Source: Octopus sinensis
Lineage: Eukaryota
Direction: 5' to 3'
Assembly (NCBI RefSeq): GCF_006345805.1
Contig: NC_043012.1
Span: 19,220,001-19,284,000, forward strand
DNA: 64,000 nt
A program made the position numbers and the translations under genes. The notes under the pieces are model-generated. The model made no database searches. It saw only the letters and a list, made by a program, of their open reading frames with translations, and was not told the origin of the DNA. Positions 29,132 to 42,819 of this stretch are shown piece by piece (position 1 is the first letter of the stretch; every line of letters begins with the position of its first letter).

Positions 29132-29187
<56 letters not shown>

Positions 29188-29188
<1 letters not shown>

Positions 29189-29400
29189 GGCGGCGAGCTA
29201 GCAGAATAGTTAGCAGCTTGGACGAAATGTTTAGCTGTGTATCGTCTGCCACTACGTTCTGAATCCAAATTCCGCCGAGGTCTGCTTTGCTTTTCATCCT
29301 TTCAGGGGTCGATAAATTAAGTACCAGTTGTATACTGGAGTCGATGTAATCGTCTATCCCCCTTCCCCAATTTCAGGCCCTGTATCTATTTCAGAAAATA
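29188..29400 (+). mobile_element. SINE B copy; a further partial head follows at about 29413-29515
   Basis: aggcggcgagctagcagaatagttagc head, gttctgaatccaaattcc, and core ttttcatcctttcaggggtcgataaattaagtaccag. Confidence 0.8.
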
Positions 29401-30229
29401 CTATTACTATTATAAAGTGGTAGAATCGTTAACTCGCCGAGCAAACGCTTAGTATCATTTCCTCTGCACTTACGTTCTGAGTTTAAATTGTATCGAGGAC
29501 AAGTTTGCCTTTTATTATTACGATTGTGTTAAAATTACTATCAACTGAGAAGAGAACAGATTTAATTCACTTAATCCCTATGCCGTAATTACCTGCCTTG
29601 TACCAAACTTTGAAACAGTTATCATTATTATTATTGTGAATATAACTGTAATGTTTAGCAGATATTTATTTCATCGATTAATAGTTATTGGGTGGAAGAC
29701 GCCAGGGAGATAATTGTTTATACGAAATGAAATATTGTTTTAACACCGCCTTCAATTGTATTAGACATCCATGTATCAATTCAGAGAATTTTTAGTGATT
29801 TTAGTGATTTTATGGCGCTTCAATTCACATTGTAGAATGACCATTCGATTGAAATAATCTGTCTTACATAGATTTTATAAAGAGTAATTATTTGTGTTCG
29901 ACTGTGCAGACGATTGTGTTACCTAGAGTGTGAAATCATATTCAATTGCAAGGAATAAGTGATATTGATATTCTTACATATTGAGGTATTGTCGAAGATG
30001 AAAGGTAAACGATATTATATCTAAATATATTCTCAATTTTCTGATCTCTTGAAATCTTCCCCCTCTTTACTAAGAATTTTTTTCAAACATTTCATAATTC
30101 TTCTATACCGAGAATGTTTCTCGTTGCCATATGAGCCACTATATTACATTGTGGACTCACAGTGTTAGCGAACAGCATAAGGATTTGCTTTGCAAATATG
30201 AGTTTCGTTATCTATCTCGTTGCTAAGCA

Positions 30230-30790
30230 TCATGGACAAATGACATTCTCGGTAGTGCAGAATAGACAACACTACTTATAGCGACAAATGCAGAATGTTT
30301 GGTGAGAAGCGTGAAGCGGTGTAGTACATAGTGAATGCCCCAAATTAGCAACTCGCAAATGCAAGACATGCAACGACAATGTGGGAAGAAGGATCCATTA
30401 GAATCTATGTGGAAAAGAGTAAAGACGTGGAACGCGCAAATTGCTGGAGTCGCCGATAACGAGAACTATAAAATGCTGTGGGATGCAATGTACAGTGCAA
30501 TCAACCGACCAGGCATTGGAAACCGGACATTCTTGTGGTGACTAGAAAAGAAAGTACCCGTATGATGAATGACATACCATTCCCCGATGACAACAAGATC
30601 AATGTGAAAGAATAAGAAAAATAAACAACTACAACGATTTGAAGTGGGAAATATCAAGTTTGTGATCAACGGAGAGAGTAGATGTGATAGCAACAGTACT
30701 TGGTGCACTTGGATGTATCAGCACTCAACTACAAATATGGCTGAAAAAGATCGGTGCAAGTTCAAAGGTAGGACACTTACAAAAATCAGC
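30230..30790 (+). pseudogene. R4/Dong-type non-LTR element A: CCHC finger plus restriction-like endonuclease C-terminus
   Basis: DKCRMFGEKREAV.YI.SECPKLA, DNVGRRIH*NLC, KMLWD, KPDILVV and DIPFPDDNKINVKE*EKINNYNDLKWEI...VLGALG...LQKSALL. Confidence 0.8.
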
Positions 30791-32660
30791 ATTGCTTGAA
30801 GGAGAAACATTGTGAAAAAGAAATTACTGAAATAGAGATTAACCAAATCAAACAATCAGTAAGGGATAAAAGGAACGAAGTTGCAGCTAAAGAATATACT
30901 ACGGAGGAAATAATTATAGACCAACCCAGGTCTGATGAAAATGCAATAATGATAGAAAGAGGCAATGTAATTGATAAGCAAAGTGAAATGCTCTCTGAAC
31001 CAACCATAAACACTAAGGTAGAGGAAAATCAAATAGATGAAGAAAGTCACACAGAAATTGACCCAACTGAACAAGATGATCTAAAATATCAAATCATGAT
31101 TGAATGGCTGAAAATTAAAGAAACCAGTATGATTGAACGTGATACTCTCCCAAAAATTCGCAACTCTAACCTGAACGTAATTGATAAAATCCGCTTTGCA
31201 CTTAAGAATATAACTTCAGCTAATGATGTTGATATTACAGACCTGTATTATGCATCCGCGAAGATCTCATCGATTCTGCGAGGAAAAGATTAGAAATCGA
31301 CAACAAAGTACAATATTATCACAAAATTATCGTGCTTACTCTCAATCGAAGTAATGCCCAATAACCTCACAAAAAGCCTACTTGGAAAGAACATAATCGA
31401 CACCAAATTCAGCTACTTTGGTCTGATATACTACGTTAAAAAACTTAAGTTTGACCAGATTATCAAACAACAAAAAAGTCCGAAAATTAAAGAAAAGTTA
31501 TATGAAAATCATACTTGACATCGATACCACCATATAAACTATCAAGCAAAATTTATGTGCTAAGGGTGCCCGCATAGCAAGGTATGAAACGTGTGTTAGA
31601 TCCTTCAAGGACAATAACATGTTGGAAAATAACCGAAACAATTTTTACAGGAAGATAGGGAAAATACCAGTTACAGTAAAGTCTACCTCATCAAAAGAAG
31701 TGGAGTAATTTTGGAACAAAATTTGGGCAGAAGAAAAAGACACACAATGAAAAGGCTCCTTGGATTGATGGAATATCTACTGATTTAGACACCTTAGAAG
31801 AGCAAAAGTGGGAGTGTATCAAGGTAGACGACGTAGGATCGCTTCTCCAGAAGTCAAACAAATACAAGTCTCCAGTAAAGGGTAAAATTCTTAACATCTG
31901 GTTGAATGCCTTCACAGAGGTCCATGGACTGCTAACATAACTTTACAACAATGTTTTGCAACAACCTAGTATGATTCCCAAAACTGAAGAAACAAATGAA
32001 CCAAAAAAGTATAGACCTACAACCTGCTTAACAACAATGTACAAAATATCAACATCTGTCGTGACTGAATATACCTATACTTTTTAAAGAGGATGTGGCA
32101 TATTCCCTCGAGCAAAAAAGATCTAAACGAGGTTCCTTTGCTTGTAAAGATTAGCTACACATCTATTCGATGATCTTCGAAGATTGTCACAAACGGCACA
32201 AACAATTGTCGATAGCCTGGACATACTATAAAATACCTTTTGATAGTCGACCACACAGAAATGTGTGGAAATGTATAAAATAGCACCTGCTCTGCGAAAT
32301 TTCTTGTCTGTAAGTATAAGATCTGGGAGAACCACACTGACTTTGAACAGTGACAATGAATCTCTCAATTATATTGAAGGACTTGAGGCAAAAATCATGC
32401 CACCTCACTGATATGTGTCCCACTCGACATAACTGTATCTGTCAAGACTACCAAAAACTGAGCAAGTGTAAAGATCTTGAAAGAGAAATTGGCAAAACTT
32501 ATAATTTTCTTATGATTCATGTAGACACTACTTTGTGAAAAAACCAAATATATGACAACCTAGCCATAACACCAACTTGAACTTCTAACTTGTTATCTCT
32601 TGAGGTCTCTGGGTGAGACTTGGATTCAACTTGTACATATATAAAGCAAAAGTCAAACAT
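30790..32660 (+). mobile_element. R4/Dong-type non-LTR element B: N-terminal region, RT start, internal deletion, endonuclease end and 3' UTR
   Basis: IKQNLCAKGARIARYE, FWNKIWAEE, KYRPTTCLTTMYKISTS, RGSFACKD and QKLSKCKDLEREI. Ends ...gtcaaacata followed by (TAA)n. Confidence 0.8.
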
Positions 32661-32725
32661 ATAATAATAATAATGATGATGATTATGATCATGATGATGA
32701 TAATGATAATAATAATAGTAATAGA

Positions 32726-32783
<58 letters not shown>

Positions 32784-32820
32784 GTAATAGTAATAATAAT
32801 GATAATGAAAATAATAAAAA
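32661..32820 (+). repeat. (TAA)n tail or target of element B
   Basis: Directly follows the 3' end of element B. Confidence 0.85.
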
Positions 32821-35635
32821 TCTAGCACAGCAATGGCTACACGAAGAAGAAGAAGGGGAGGTGAAGAAGGGGAGGTGAGGAAGGGGTGAAGAAGAAGGAA
32901 AATAAGAAAAGGATGAGGAGGTGAAAAAGAAGAAGGAGGAGGGGGGGACGAAAAGCTGTTGCAGCTGATTTGAAAACAAGGCCAATAATTTTCATAGATT
33001 GTCAACACCAGTGAACCAGTATTTGGCAGAACTCATTTTATTTCAGTCGATCTCTCTAGCATAAGAAAGGAAACAATTAATAATGTGATTTTTATGTGAT
33101 ATCGAATAATATTTGAAGCCAAACTGAAATAGAGTATCGTTTCTGCTGACAACTATTATTTGAAGAAAGGATCATTTCGTATATCAGAGTTAGAATTTGG
33201 TCTTAGTTCAGCTGTTTTATATTTGATAGTTCAGCGTTTATTTCAATTGGATTGCTATCAAAAGAAGTGTCAATTGTAACATATTCGAGTTGATGAAGTT
33301 ACATCTCGTAAGAAAAACTATATACGTTTACGGTTATGTTCTCACAGCTAGCTCACTACTCCCATATTAACCGAAATTCAATAGGTATGAAATAATAGTA
33401 ATTCAAATCAGCCTATGGAGTTGTACAGTATGTTTTCACCAACCATAAAGAGATGAATAGTAATTGTGTCAGGATATGAATAGTGATGTTGTGGACTGGT
33501 GAATAATCATAGCAGCAGCAATATATTGATGTGGAGACATCTATACAGTCGTGTTGAACTATGCTCGCTTGCTTATACAAACGTTATCAGAAGAACGAAA
33601 TGGTTGTATAACGAATGTAATTCTATTTTGCAACTGTATTGTACGAATAGAATGATCATTTCTATAGATATACACCTTTCTTTTTCTCTTCCCTGGTTTA
33701 TTTTATAGGCTTTAAAGGTAAAAATGATATTAACTGTTGGTTCACTTCGATAATATACGGGGAGATAAATAATTCGAAAACCCAGGAAATTGTATGATGT
33801 ATATTAAATTGCAAATTCATAATATCGAATGTGATCATTGTATACACTTCATCAGAAAGTTCATACATTTTTCTAACCTTTACGAAGTAATTTTCCTTAA
33901 CTCTGTATGTGACGTAATTATAAGTAAGGAACGAAATCACGTAGATAGGTTTCAAATAAGTGAAACCTTTTTAAACTAACATTGAAAGAAATAATGTATT
34001 TCTTTCACTAAGCATGTTAAAATCTCTTCCATTTTATCCTTTTTATCTCTTTTGTTCATTTCTAAAACCATTTGTATTTAATCACTAGGAAATACAAATA
34101 TGACAAAGGAAGACATGCCATCCATATAATCATTTTATTTACATTCAATAGATGAAATAACAAAGTTAACTACTTTCTTCTTTATTTTTCCTAACTCGTA
34201 ATAAATTCTGTCTTTTGACAGGTCACTCTTTTGGGAATAGAAATTAAAGTGTGTGATGGTAACACACATTTCGTTTTCAAGGGCGTTATAATAGCAAGCA
34301 AAATTTAAATCTGTACACTTCCATTGAAATGAGAGAATTTAATTCTGACAACAGAATGAAGTCATGCCTCTTCAGCTCAATGCTAAATTATTTTCCTATG
34401 TCACTCTTTGAAAATAAGGCAGCCACTTTATAATTGTCATTTGAATATAGAAAGTGTTTCGAATAGTAGGCACATCAAAAGTCAAGTTGTTCCCAGGGTG
34501 CCATTAACAAATTCCGATACCTTGCACGAATTTACTCACATTTTATGGTACGTTTTGCTTTAACCTATGAATGCACGACCTATTTTTTTACCACCACTAC
34601 TAAACGTCAAAGGTGTGAAATAAAAAACTGTAGACAGATATTTCTGCTCTCTTCTCCAATATCGGCATTACTTAAACCCCATTAATCACATTGTACTGAG
34701 ACGTCATATTTTATTTGCTTAAAATAAATGTGATTTCTCAACTTCTGCCTCCAATTCATTTCCAATGTCCAGTTTATACCCTGTATCCCAGCCATACCAT
34801 AACAATTAATATCTGTCTTTAAGTTGACTGCTCTCATCTTGTCATACTCGTCTCCCACAGAGTTATCAGCGATCACCAAACTTCACTAAAAACATCTCCC
34901 TATACAGATTCCTTCACGTCTCTGATGACGATGATTTCTCCCAACATAACTGCCACTAAGTCGAGAATTTATATCCTGCAATAAGCTTTTTCCGAATTGT
35001 CGCCACCGGAAATTTACAGGCTTGAAATTCGTGAATAGCACTCACATTCCACTTCAGTACGTTAACTTTCTCGTTCCTTAATCGTATCTCAGGTCAGCAT
35101 AGATGTACCACAAACCGTAGATATCTTTCTCTCATCCAAAACAAATCTGTACCAATCGCTATCTGTCGCCGACTTTAAAAATCCGTCGGGCCAATGTCAG
35201 GTCTCAATAACCCAAAATACATCGACATACTACACAATGTGTCAAACGTTCACCCACCCATGAGACCTTCAAGTTAGTCAATAAGTTTAATCTCCATTAA
35301 TTTTATAACGGTTTTGACAGGAAACGTACTTCTTTTCCTGACCATCAGCAACAGCTTGGAGGTTAATGAAACTTTATTTGCGTGTGCCCTCGGAAAGAAC
35401 ACAACTCCATAATAAAGTTTCCAGTAATTCACTAATTAATACTTGTGCTCCTGCTCTTCTTGTAACAGAAATTCGCCCACTCCACAAACATGGGCGGTAG
35501 TTACCGAGAAATGTAACTATTAATGAAAGAACTTTGCTGAACTGCGAAACGTGATGATTTGTATAGCAGTGTGTCATAAAACTTTACCTACATATCGGTC
35601 CATGATTATTTTACGCATACGCACACGCACGCACA

Positions 35636-35674
<39 letters not shown>

Positions 35675-36765
35675 ACACACACACATACACACACACACAT
35701 ACCACACACACACACACACACACGCATCCTCACTAGAAACAGCACCTTATCACACAGTTTTGATGCATGTAACATCACTAGTCCTTCTAAATTTAAAACC
35801 CAATCCGTTTTGTGTCATCTGGGGTTGTAGCGTGTTTCGAAGTGGATTTGAATTTGTAGTTGTATCCGTCTCAAAAACCAGGGACTGAACAAAAACACGA
35901 GCGGATGTCATTTTAATAATTTTATGAAAACACTAGCTTTATAAATCAAGCATTCGCCTGCTTATATTCTACTTACAAAAGCAAAAAATAAAAATAAAAA
36001 TTCTTGTTTGAAAATATACTCAACGCTGTTACTGTATATAAAACGTCTTGCAAAATAGTTGAAGTGTGTCAAGTATGTTTCGGAATATAAAATTATTTTT
36101 CGTTAATCCTTTCATCGATCAATAACCAGAATTGTCTCTGCAATTTCTCACTGTACAATTTCTCACTGTAGAACACACATATAAAAAGGAACAAAAAAAT
36201 ATATTAAAGCTAAAAGTAAGACAGAACAAAATGTACATTTTATGTTTGGTGCCAAACTCATTTGAGAGACACGATGACGGGGTTAATGGTGCAGTAAAAA
36301 AGAAGGAAACAATACATGATAGCGTTTCATGACACATTCTTTTAATCTTCCCATCAAAACCTATGGATATGCGTGAATCTGAAATCTGTTATTGCCTGAT
36401 GTATTTCTTTGTCAACATTGTGTCGACATTCTGGTAGCAATTGTCTGAAGCGTATCTCTTTTTCGACGGATTATTTTCTATTAGATTCAAAACTTGATGT
36501 AGTTTACGGGTTCCGCTTGTAAAATCTGTATAGGAAGTATATGTGAAACTAAAATAGAGCAAATAAAAATTTTTTTTTTTAATATTTAGTTTTGTATTTT
36601 CTATATTTCCTGATGCTTTGAATATAGAAATATTGAAGGAGACGAAACAATGATAATTTCACCTATTTCTAACAAGTACATTACTAATACACATACACAA
36701 CACACATATATATATATATAGAAACGCACTCACACAAACACACAGATATATGCAAAAAAAAAAAA

Positions 36766-36798
<33 letters not shown>

Positions 36799-36878
36799 AT
36801 ATATATATACACATATACATATATGCATATATACACACATATATATATATATATAGATATATAAACACACACACACAC

Positions 36879-36934
<56 letters not shown>

Positions 36935-36999
36935 TCATATATCAACATTATATATATATAATATTATATATGTGGAATCTGATTAGTTCTCCTACTTTT

Positions 37000-37431
37000 A
37001 ATAGCTCGCTTCACTAGCATATGGTTCCAGGTTCAGTCCCACTGAGTGTCACTTTAAGAAAGTGTCTCCTGCCATAGCCTCGGGCAGTCTAAAGCCTTGT
37101 GTGTGGATTTCATAGACGGAAGCTGAACAAAGCCCGTCCTATATGTATATATATATATGTGTGTGTGTATGTGTGTATGTGTGTATGTGTGTGTGTGTGT
37201 GCGTGTGTGAGTGTGTAAGTAAGTGTGTGCATCTGTGTGTGTCTGTTTTGGAACACCCCACCATCGCTTCAAAAGCGATGCTGGTGTGTCCCCGTAACTT
37301 AGCAGTACATCACAAGTAACCGATAGAACAAGTACTAGTCTTACAGAGAATAAGTCCTGAATTTGTTCGACTAAAGGCGGTGCTTCAGTATGGCCGTAGT
37401 GAAATGACTGAAAAAAGTAAAAGAATAAAAG
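37000..37431 (+). mobile_element. SINE A, diverged, near full length
   Basis: ggttccaggttcagtcccactg, a TG run, and a tail ending aaatgactgaaaaaagtaaaagaataaaag. Confidence 0.8.
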
Positions 37432-37436
37432 TATAT

Positions 37437-37494
<58 letters not shown>

Positions 37495-37508
37495 AACACA
37501 CACATATG

Positions 37509-37554
<46 letters not shown>

Positions 37555-37949
37555 AGTTAGATAGATATAGATATCGATATATATATATGTGTATTGGAAC
37601 TGTTGACGTGGGTGTATGTTTGTCTGTAGGTGTATTTTTGTCAGAGTGCAAGTATGACAGTGTGTGCATGACGGTATGTAAGGTTGTCTCATGTTTGTGT
37701 CGAAGTTGTCAATCATATTCTTATATCGTAGCGTTAAGAAAGATTCTTGACAACTTTTTATTGGCTCTTTCCTGTCTATGAATATTGATTATTTTTCGAA
37801 TGTGCTATCGAAGCATAAGCTGTATAATTGTTGTGAGATGATGATAGTTTTAAATGAAATGGCATGAAATCACATTTGAAAACAAAAATGTTATTTAAAC
37901 CCATAATTCAGCTTGAGCACAACTATTTGCCATCATTATAGCTATGTAT

Positions 37950-38162
37950 AGGTGGCGAGCTCACAGAATCCTAAGCACGCCGAACGAAATGCTTAGTGGT
38001 ATTTCATCTGTCTTTACATACTGAGTTCAAATTCCGCCGGGATTGACTTTGCCTTACATCCATCCGGGGTTGATAAATTAAGTATCAGTTGCGTATTGGG
38101 GTTGTTCTAATCAATTGGCGCCCTTCCCCAAAATTTCGGGTATTGTGCCTACAGTAGAAAAG
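37950..38162 (+). mobile_element. SINE B monomer (tail 1)
   Basis: ggtggcgagctcacagaatcc head, B box, core, and tail cccttccccaaaatttcggg. Confidence 0.8.
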
Positions 38163-38169
38163 CTATATG

Positions 38170-38575
38170 TAAGGCGGGGAGATTACAGGATATTTAGCAC
38201 GCCGAATGAAATACTAAGCGTTGTTTCGTCTGCCGTTACGTTCTGAGTTCAAATTCCGCCGGGGTCGACTTTGCCTTTCATCCGTTCGGGGTCGATAAAT
38301 TAAGAACCAGTTACGCACTGGGGTCGATATAATCGACTTAATCCCTTTGTCTGTCCTATTTGTCCTCTCTGTGTTTAGCCCCTTTTGCGTAGTAAGGAAA
38401 TAGGTATTTCGTCTGTCTTTACATTCTGAGTTCAAATTCTACAGCGGTGATCTTTGTCTTTCACCCATTCGAAGTCAATAACTTAAGTACCAGTTGCGTA
38501 CTGAGGTAGACCTAATCGACTGGTGACTTCCCGAGGCTTATGCCCGTGGTGGAAAGGATTATTATATAACGCTAC
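38170..38575 (+). mobile_element. SINE B dimer: head-[core+tail 2]-[core+tail 1]
   Basis: Junction gtagtaaggaaata|ggtatttcgtctg at about 38391-38415, the same junction as in the 60.6-61.7 kb array. Confidence 0.8.
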
Positions 38576-38999
38576 TGCTGTAGCAATTTTAGTACAGCAC
38601 GGAGCAAAATATTTGTGGTATTGTGTTACAATCCCTTATATTTTAATTTCGAATCACTTAGTATTCAAATTTGAATATGTTTTACCGAGATCGTGAAATA
38701 TGTACGGACACCGATGACAGGGTCATTCAGTATACACTCCCTTCACATACATTTCCTGTTCATGTTAAGATTTGCTATTCAGTGACGTCGACAGAGCGTA
38801 ATGTTTGTTCTAACAGGAATAAAAATAATCCGTAATCTTATGTGGTGCGTGAGTCTATCCTGTCTAATGATAAACGTTTAAACTTGATCGACAAAAAATT
38901 GTCATTTTTAGGGTTGATCTTGACATGTTTCTTAGACTGAAATCCTGTTATTCAACATTGAATGCATGTTCCCTGCACGTCATGTGTACAGAGAAAGGG

Positions 39000-40060
39000 A
39001 TCAGAAACTTGCTAAGAGGAAGTTTTCAGAATACGGTTCAAGAGCCAATTAGGGTTAGGCCTGATGAGGTATTGAAACAGAGTGACTGTGATTTAATAGA
39101 GAACCAATGATAGAGAATTATAGACTAGAAGGAGAGTTTGTGAGGTGTGTATAAGAGACACTTGTGAAACTTAAGCTAGCCACGAGTTACGTCCTCGACC
39201 AATTCTTGGATGTGAAGCATGGAGTTTATGATGTCGGATCTCGAAGGTACAAGAGAATGAAATGTGTGCGATTGACCTATGGAAGATACGTTTCTTACCA
39301 TCAATGATATAGAGTTCGATGTTTACGATCAGTCAGGTGCATGCTACAAGCTTACAAGAAGATTCCTGCAACTCTTGACTAGGAAGATGGAGTTCTGCGA
39401 GTGGTCGATATTAGTTGATAAACCAAGGGAAGCAATGGTTGGTTATTCGTGGAAAATTCACCGAGACTATATGTTCCTCACTTCTAGCATTATTTTCATA
39501 TGCCTCATTTATTTGGGAACCCCTTGTTAGATGTTTACTGCAACCGGCAGAAGAGTGGGAAAACTCCCAATCCTACGAAAAAGAGGTGTGGTGGAGCTAC
39601 TGAGAAGGGGCGGAAAAAAGGGAGATGATATTAATAATTTCAGGCCACAGCTGTGATAAATGCCACGATACAGAGCTTTGCCAAGATATTAGCTAAAAGA
39701 TGGAGGTTTCTTGACGATTCTGATGTAGACGAGGCTTGCATCATCTTAAGCAGATCTTTCCCCGATCTAACGTTCATCTCAAGTGATATGTTACAGAGGA
39801 AAATTGGGTAATGAACCTCTGCCATTTAAAGCACACCAACCTGAATTAGGATTAGCGCGAAACTCTGCCAGCATACACAGACGACGTCACCGCAGTAGTG
39901 TCGGAGACAAACTTATTCACGTTATCGACGCAGCCCTGAGAGAGTACGAAGCGATAAGAGTAAGGTTTAACCAGGAAAATTTGGTGGAGCTATATTTACG
40001 TACAGGTTGCATTCGATGGAAATACTATTTACTTTCAACATCAACTGGAACTAGATGACG
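39000..40060 (+). pseudogene. L1/Tx1-clade ORF2 (RT) remnant
   Basis: LFGNPLLDVYCNRQKSGKTP, RGVVELLRRGGKKGDDINNFRP, AKILAKR, AYTDDVTAVVS (YADD) and ALREYEAIRVRFNQENLVEL. Confidence 0.8.
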
Positions 40061-40885
40061 GGACTGGTGGGCAATCTTATTTAAAAATGAAACGAGAGGA
40101 AGCTACCCACGAACGTTTGTGTGGAGTGACGAACCTATTGATTGTATCAGTCATATCCTATCACCGCAGCGTCTTGTCTTACGCTGATTATGTCTGTCAG
40201 ATCGGAGGGATTACTCCTTATTCTTATGGTTGAAGGAACTGCTTTTGCAAATTGGACAATCCATTTGGTATCAGCATCCTCTGCCTTGCTGCTTCAGCAC
40301 AGTATTGCTAACGATGCATCCACATGTATTGAAGCTGCAACATGTCCAATCTTCCTTTAGTTTGAGCATGTGTTGATGCCGTTTGTCCGACTAACTTATC
40401 TACAGTTTGGTTCTTTAACAGATCTACTGTCCTTGATCAATAATAGATGTAGACAGGGCAAATGTCAACTAAAGAGTCGTTATGTGAACACAGCCTTTTG
40501 TATGTTAGTCATTGTGGTCGCGAAAGACTCACCGTACTGTTTCTAAGTGATTAGCTTTGTTGAGGTGTTTACACGCGTTTATATAAAGGTTTGTGTGTTT
40601 GGCTTCAGGTCATAATATGACCAAGTGTCGTGTTGTATCCTTGAGCACGGCATTTTTGTTCGAGTTGCTTCTTTTTATTCAAAGGAAAATAGATGAAGTG
40701 GAATAATCTTTGGAGCTTCGGAAATGTTTTTTCAAGTATGGGTTCCAGTTCTGAGGTCAAATCTCACAGATATCAATTTTTTCTGCCATCCACCAATAGT
40801 CGACAAAATAAAGTATCGATCGTGTGTGGGCTTTGTCTCATCAACTTGTCTCATTGTCAACATCTTACAGTAAAACTCCTATTAT

Positions 40886-40886
<1 letters not shown>

Positions 40887-40969
<83 letters not shown>

Positions 40970-41152
40970 CACTACTACGACTACGACTACGACTACTACT
41001 ACTGATGATGCTACTAATACTATAACCACTGCTGCTACTACTACTACTACTACTATTACTTCTGCTACTACTGCTACTGCTGCTGTTACTACTACTACTA
41101 CTATTACTTCTGCTACTACTGCTACTACTGCTACTGCTGCTGCTATTACTAA

Positions 41153-41190
<38 letters not shown>

Positions 41191-41212
41191 ATAATAATAA
41201 TAATAATAATAT
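40887..41212. repeat. (ACT)n microsatellite with GCT/ATT variants, ending in (AAT)n
   Basis: Seen directly. Confidence 0.95.
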
Positions 41213-42707
41213 ATTAATTATTTCTTTCCTTTGGCTGTTTTTTGGAATCACTTGTCGAGCCATTATCCTGTTTCTAGTGCAAGGAAACATAAGGGATTAA
41301 ATAATTTTAACTATTTGAACGGCTGCCTCATGGAACATTTAGCATTACTTTACCACATAAAATATGGAACATATGTGATATTTAATACTTAATAAAGACA
41401 TGGGTATGTGCCTGATATCAAATTATAAGTTTAAAATAGTGTTAAAAATATTTGTTGATATAAATCTATAATAGTGAAAATGTGAACGACACAAAGTTAT
41501 AAAACTACAAGTATAAAATTTTGAATATCGATTTGTATGTTTTGGATTTCATCAAATTTGCATGGCTAGATGTGCCTTAATATAATATAGATTAAGTGGA
41601 AGGCTCACGCCTTGTGAGTTAGGCTACATTTATTTTCACACTCTAAAATTCATAACTGTGAGGAAATTCCTAATCGACATGCAGTGTTACGTGTTTTTTT
41701 TTTTTTTTTTCATGTAATTCTTGTAAGATTCTAGTGTTTTAGCTTCTGGTTCTGAACCTTACGATAAAATAAATGTGAGAATTTGTGGATAACGTCTGTA
41801 ACGTAACATTGCAAACAATTGCATTTATTACTGTTTTTACACCTGCGAGGTACAAAATGACGATTTATTAAAGTATTTTGCTGAAATTTGTTTAATTTCT
41901 GTTCTATCTCAACAAACAGAAGCAAGGAAATTACGAATGTTTACAAAATGTTGTTTAACACACAGCTAACAGAAACGAAAAACAATGTAAATAGAAATAT
42001 TTCGAATTGTTAGGAGGGATGTACAGCTAGTGATCCAAAAAACAGTTTATTTGAAGACTCAATGCGAAAATACGATAACAACGGCTTAATGGCAATACGC
42101 ATCTCTTCACACGCAGGTTCACAAATGAGGCGTCAAACTAGGTGATTCTTTACCTGAATAGATTACAGGGGATACAAAAATGTAGCTGCTCTCTATTTTC
42201 CCACATCTTTACCAACGTACAGAGGCCAGGAAAAAATGCATATACTCTACTGAAAGAGGATAGGTCATTAATTTATATATTTTAGGGAATTGAAACGAGC
42301 CTTATCTTACGTACTATATCATTTGTAGCAAATTTTGAGAGTACATTCTTTGTAGAAAGGGCATGTGAACCTTTCTCCATTTTTCAATTTCCTATTTGTG
42401 TGAGAATACAAGATGCATTTTTAGCTCTAAAAAGCTGAGAAAATTGTGTCATGCTTCAGTGTATGTATGTGTTTAAGTGATTCCAATTAAGGTGTTCACA
42501 CACATATGTGTATGCATCAAGTAAAAAATTCCGCTTATATATATGTATATGCGATTATTAGTTGTTATATATATATATACACAAACACTCAAATACGAGC
42601 ATGAGTCACTGAGTCAACTACGCTAAGCACTAACTCAGGCACCTTCACTTCACACACATACACACAAAAACACACAGAGATGCATGCGCGCTCACACACA
42701 CACACAA

Positions 42708-42739
<32 letters not shown>

Positions 42740-42766
42740 TTGTATGCATATATATATATATATATA

Positions 42767-42819
<53 letters not shown>

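Noticed and set aside
30796-31293. 165-aa acidic ORF as a host gene
   Set aside because: It runs collinearly into R4/Dong RT motifs, so it is the N-terminal region of the retroelement.
34680-35560. More GC-rich block that might be a decayed LINE ORF2 on the minus strand
   Set aside because: I could not recover any diagnostic motif. A translated profile search would decide.
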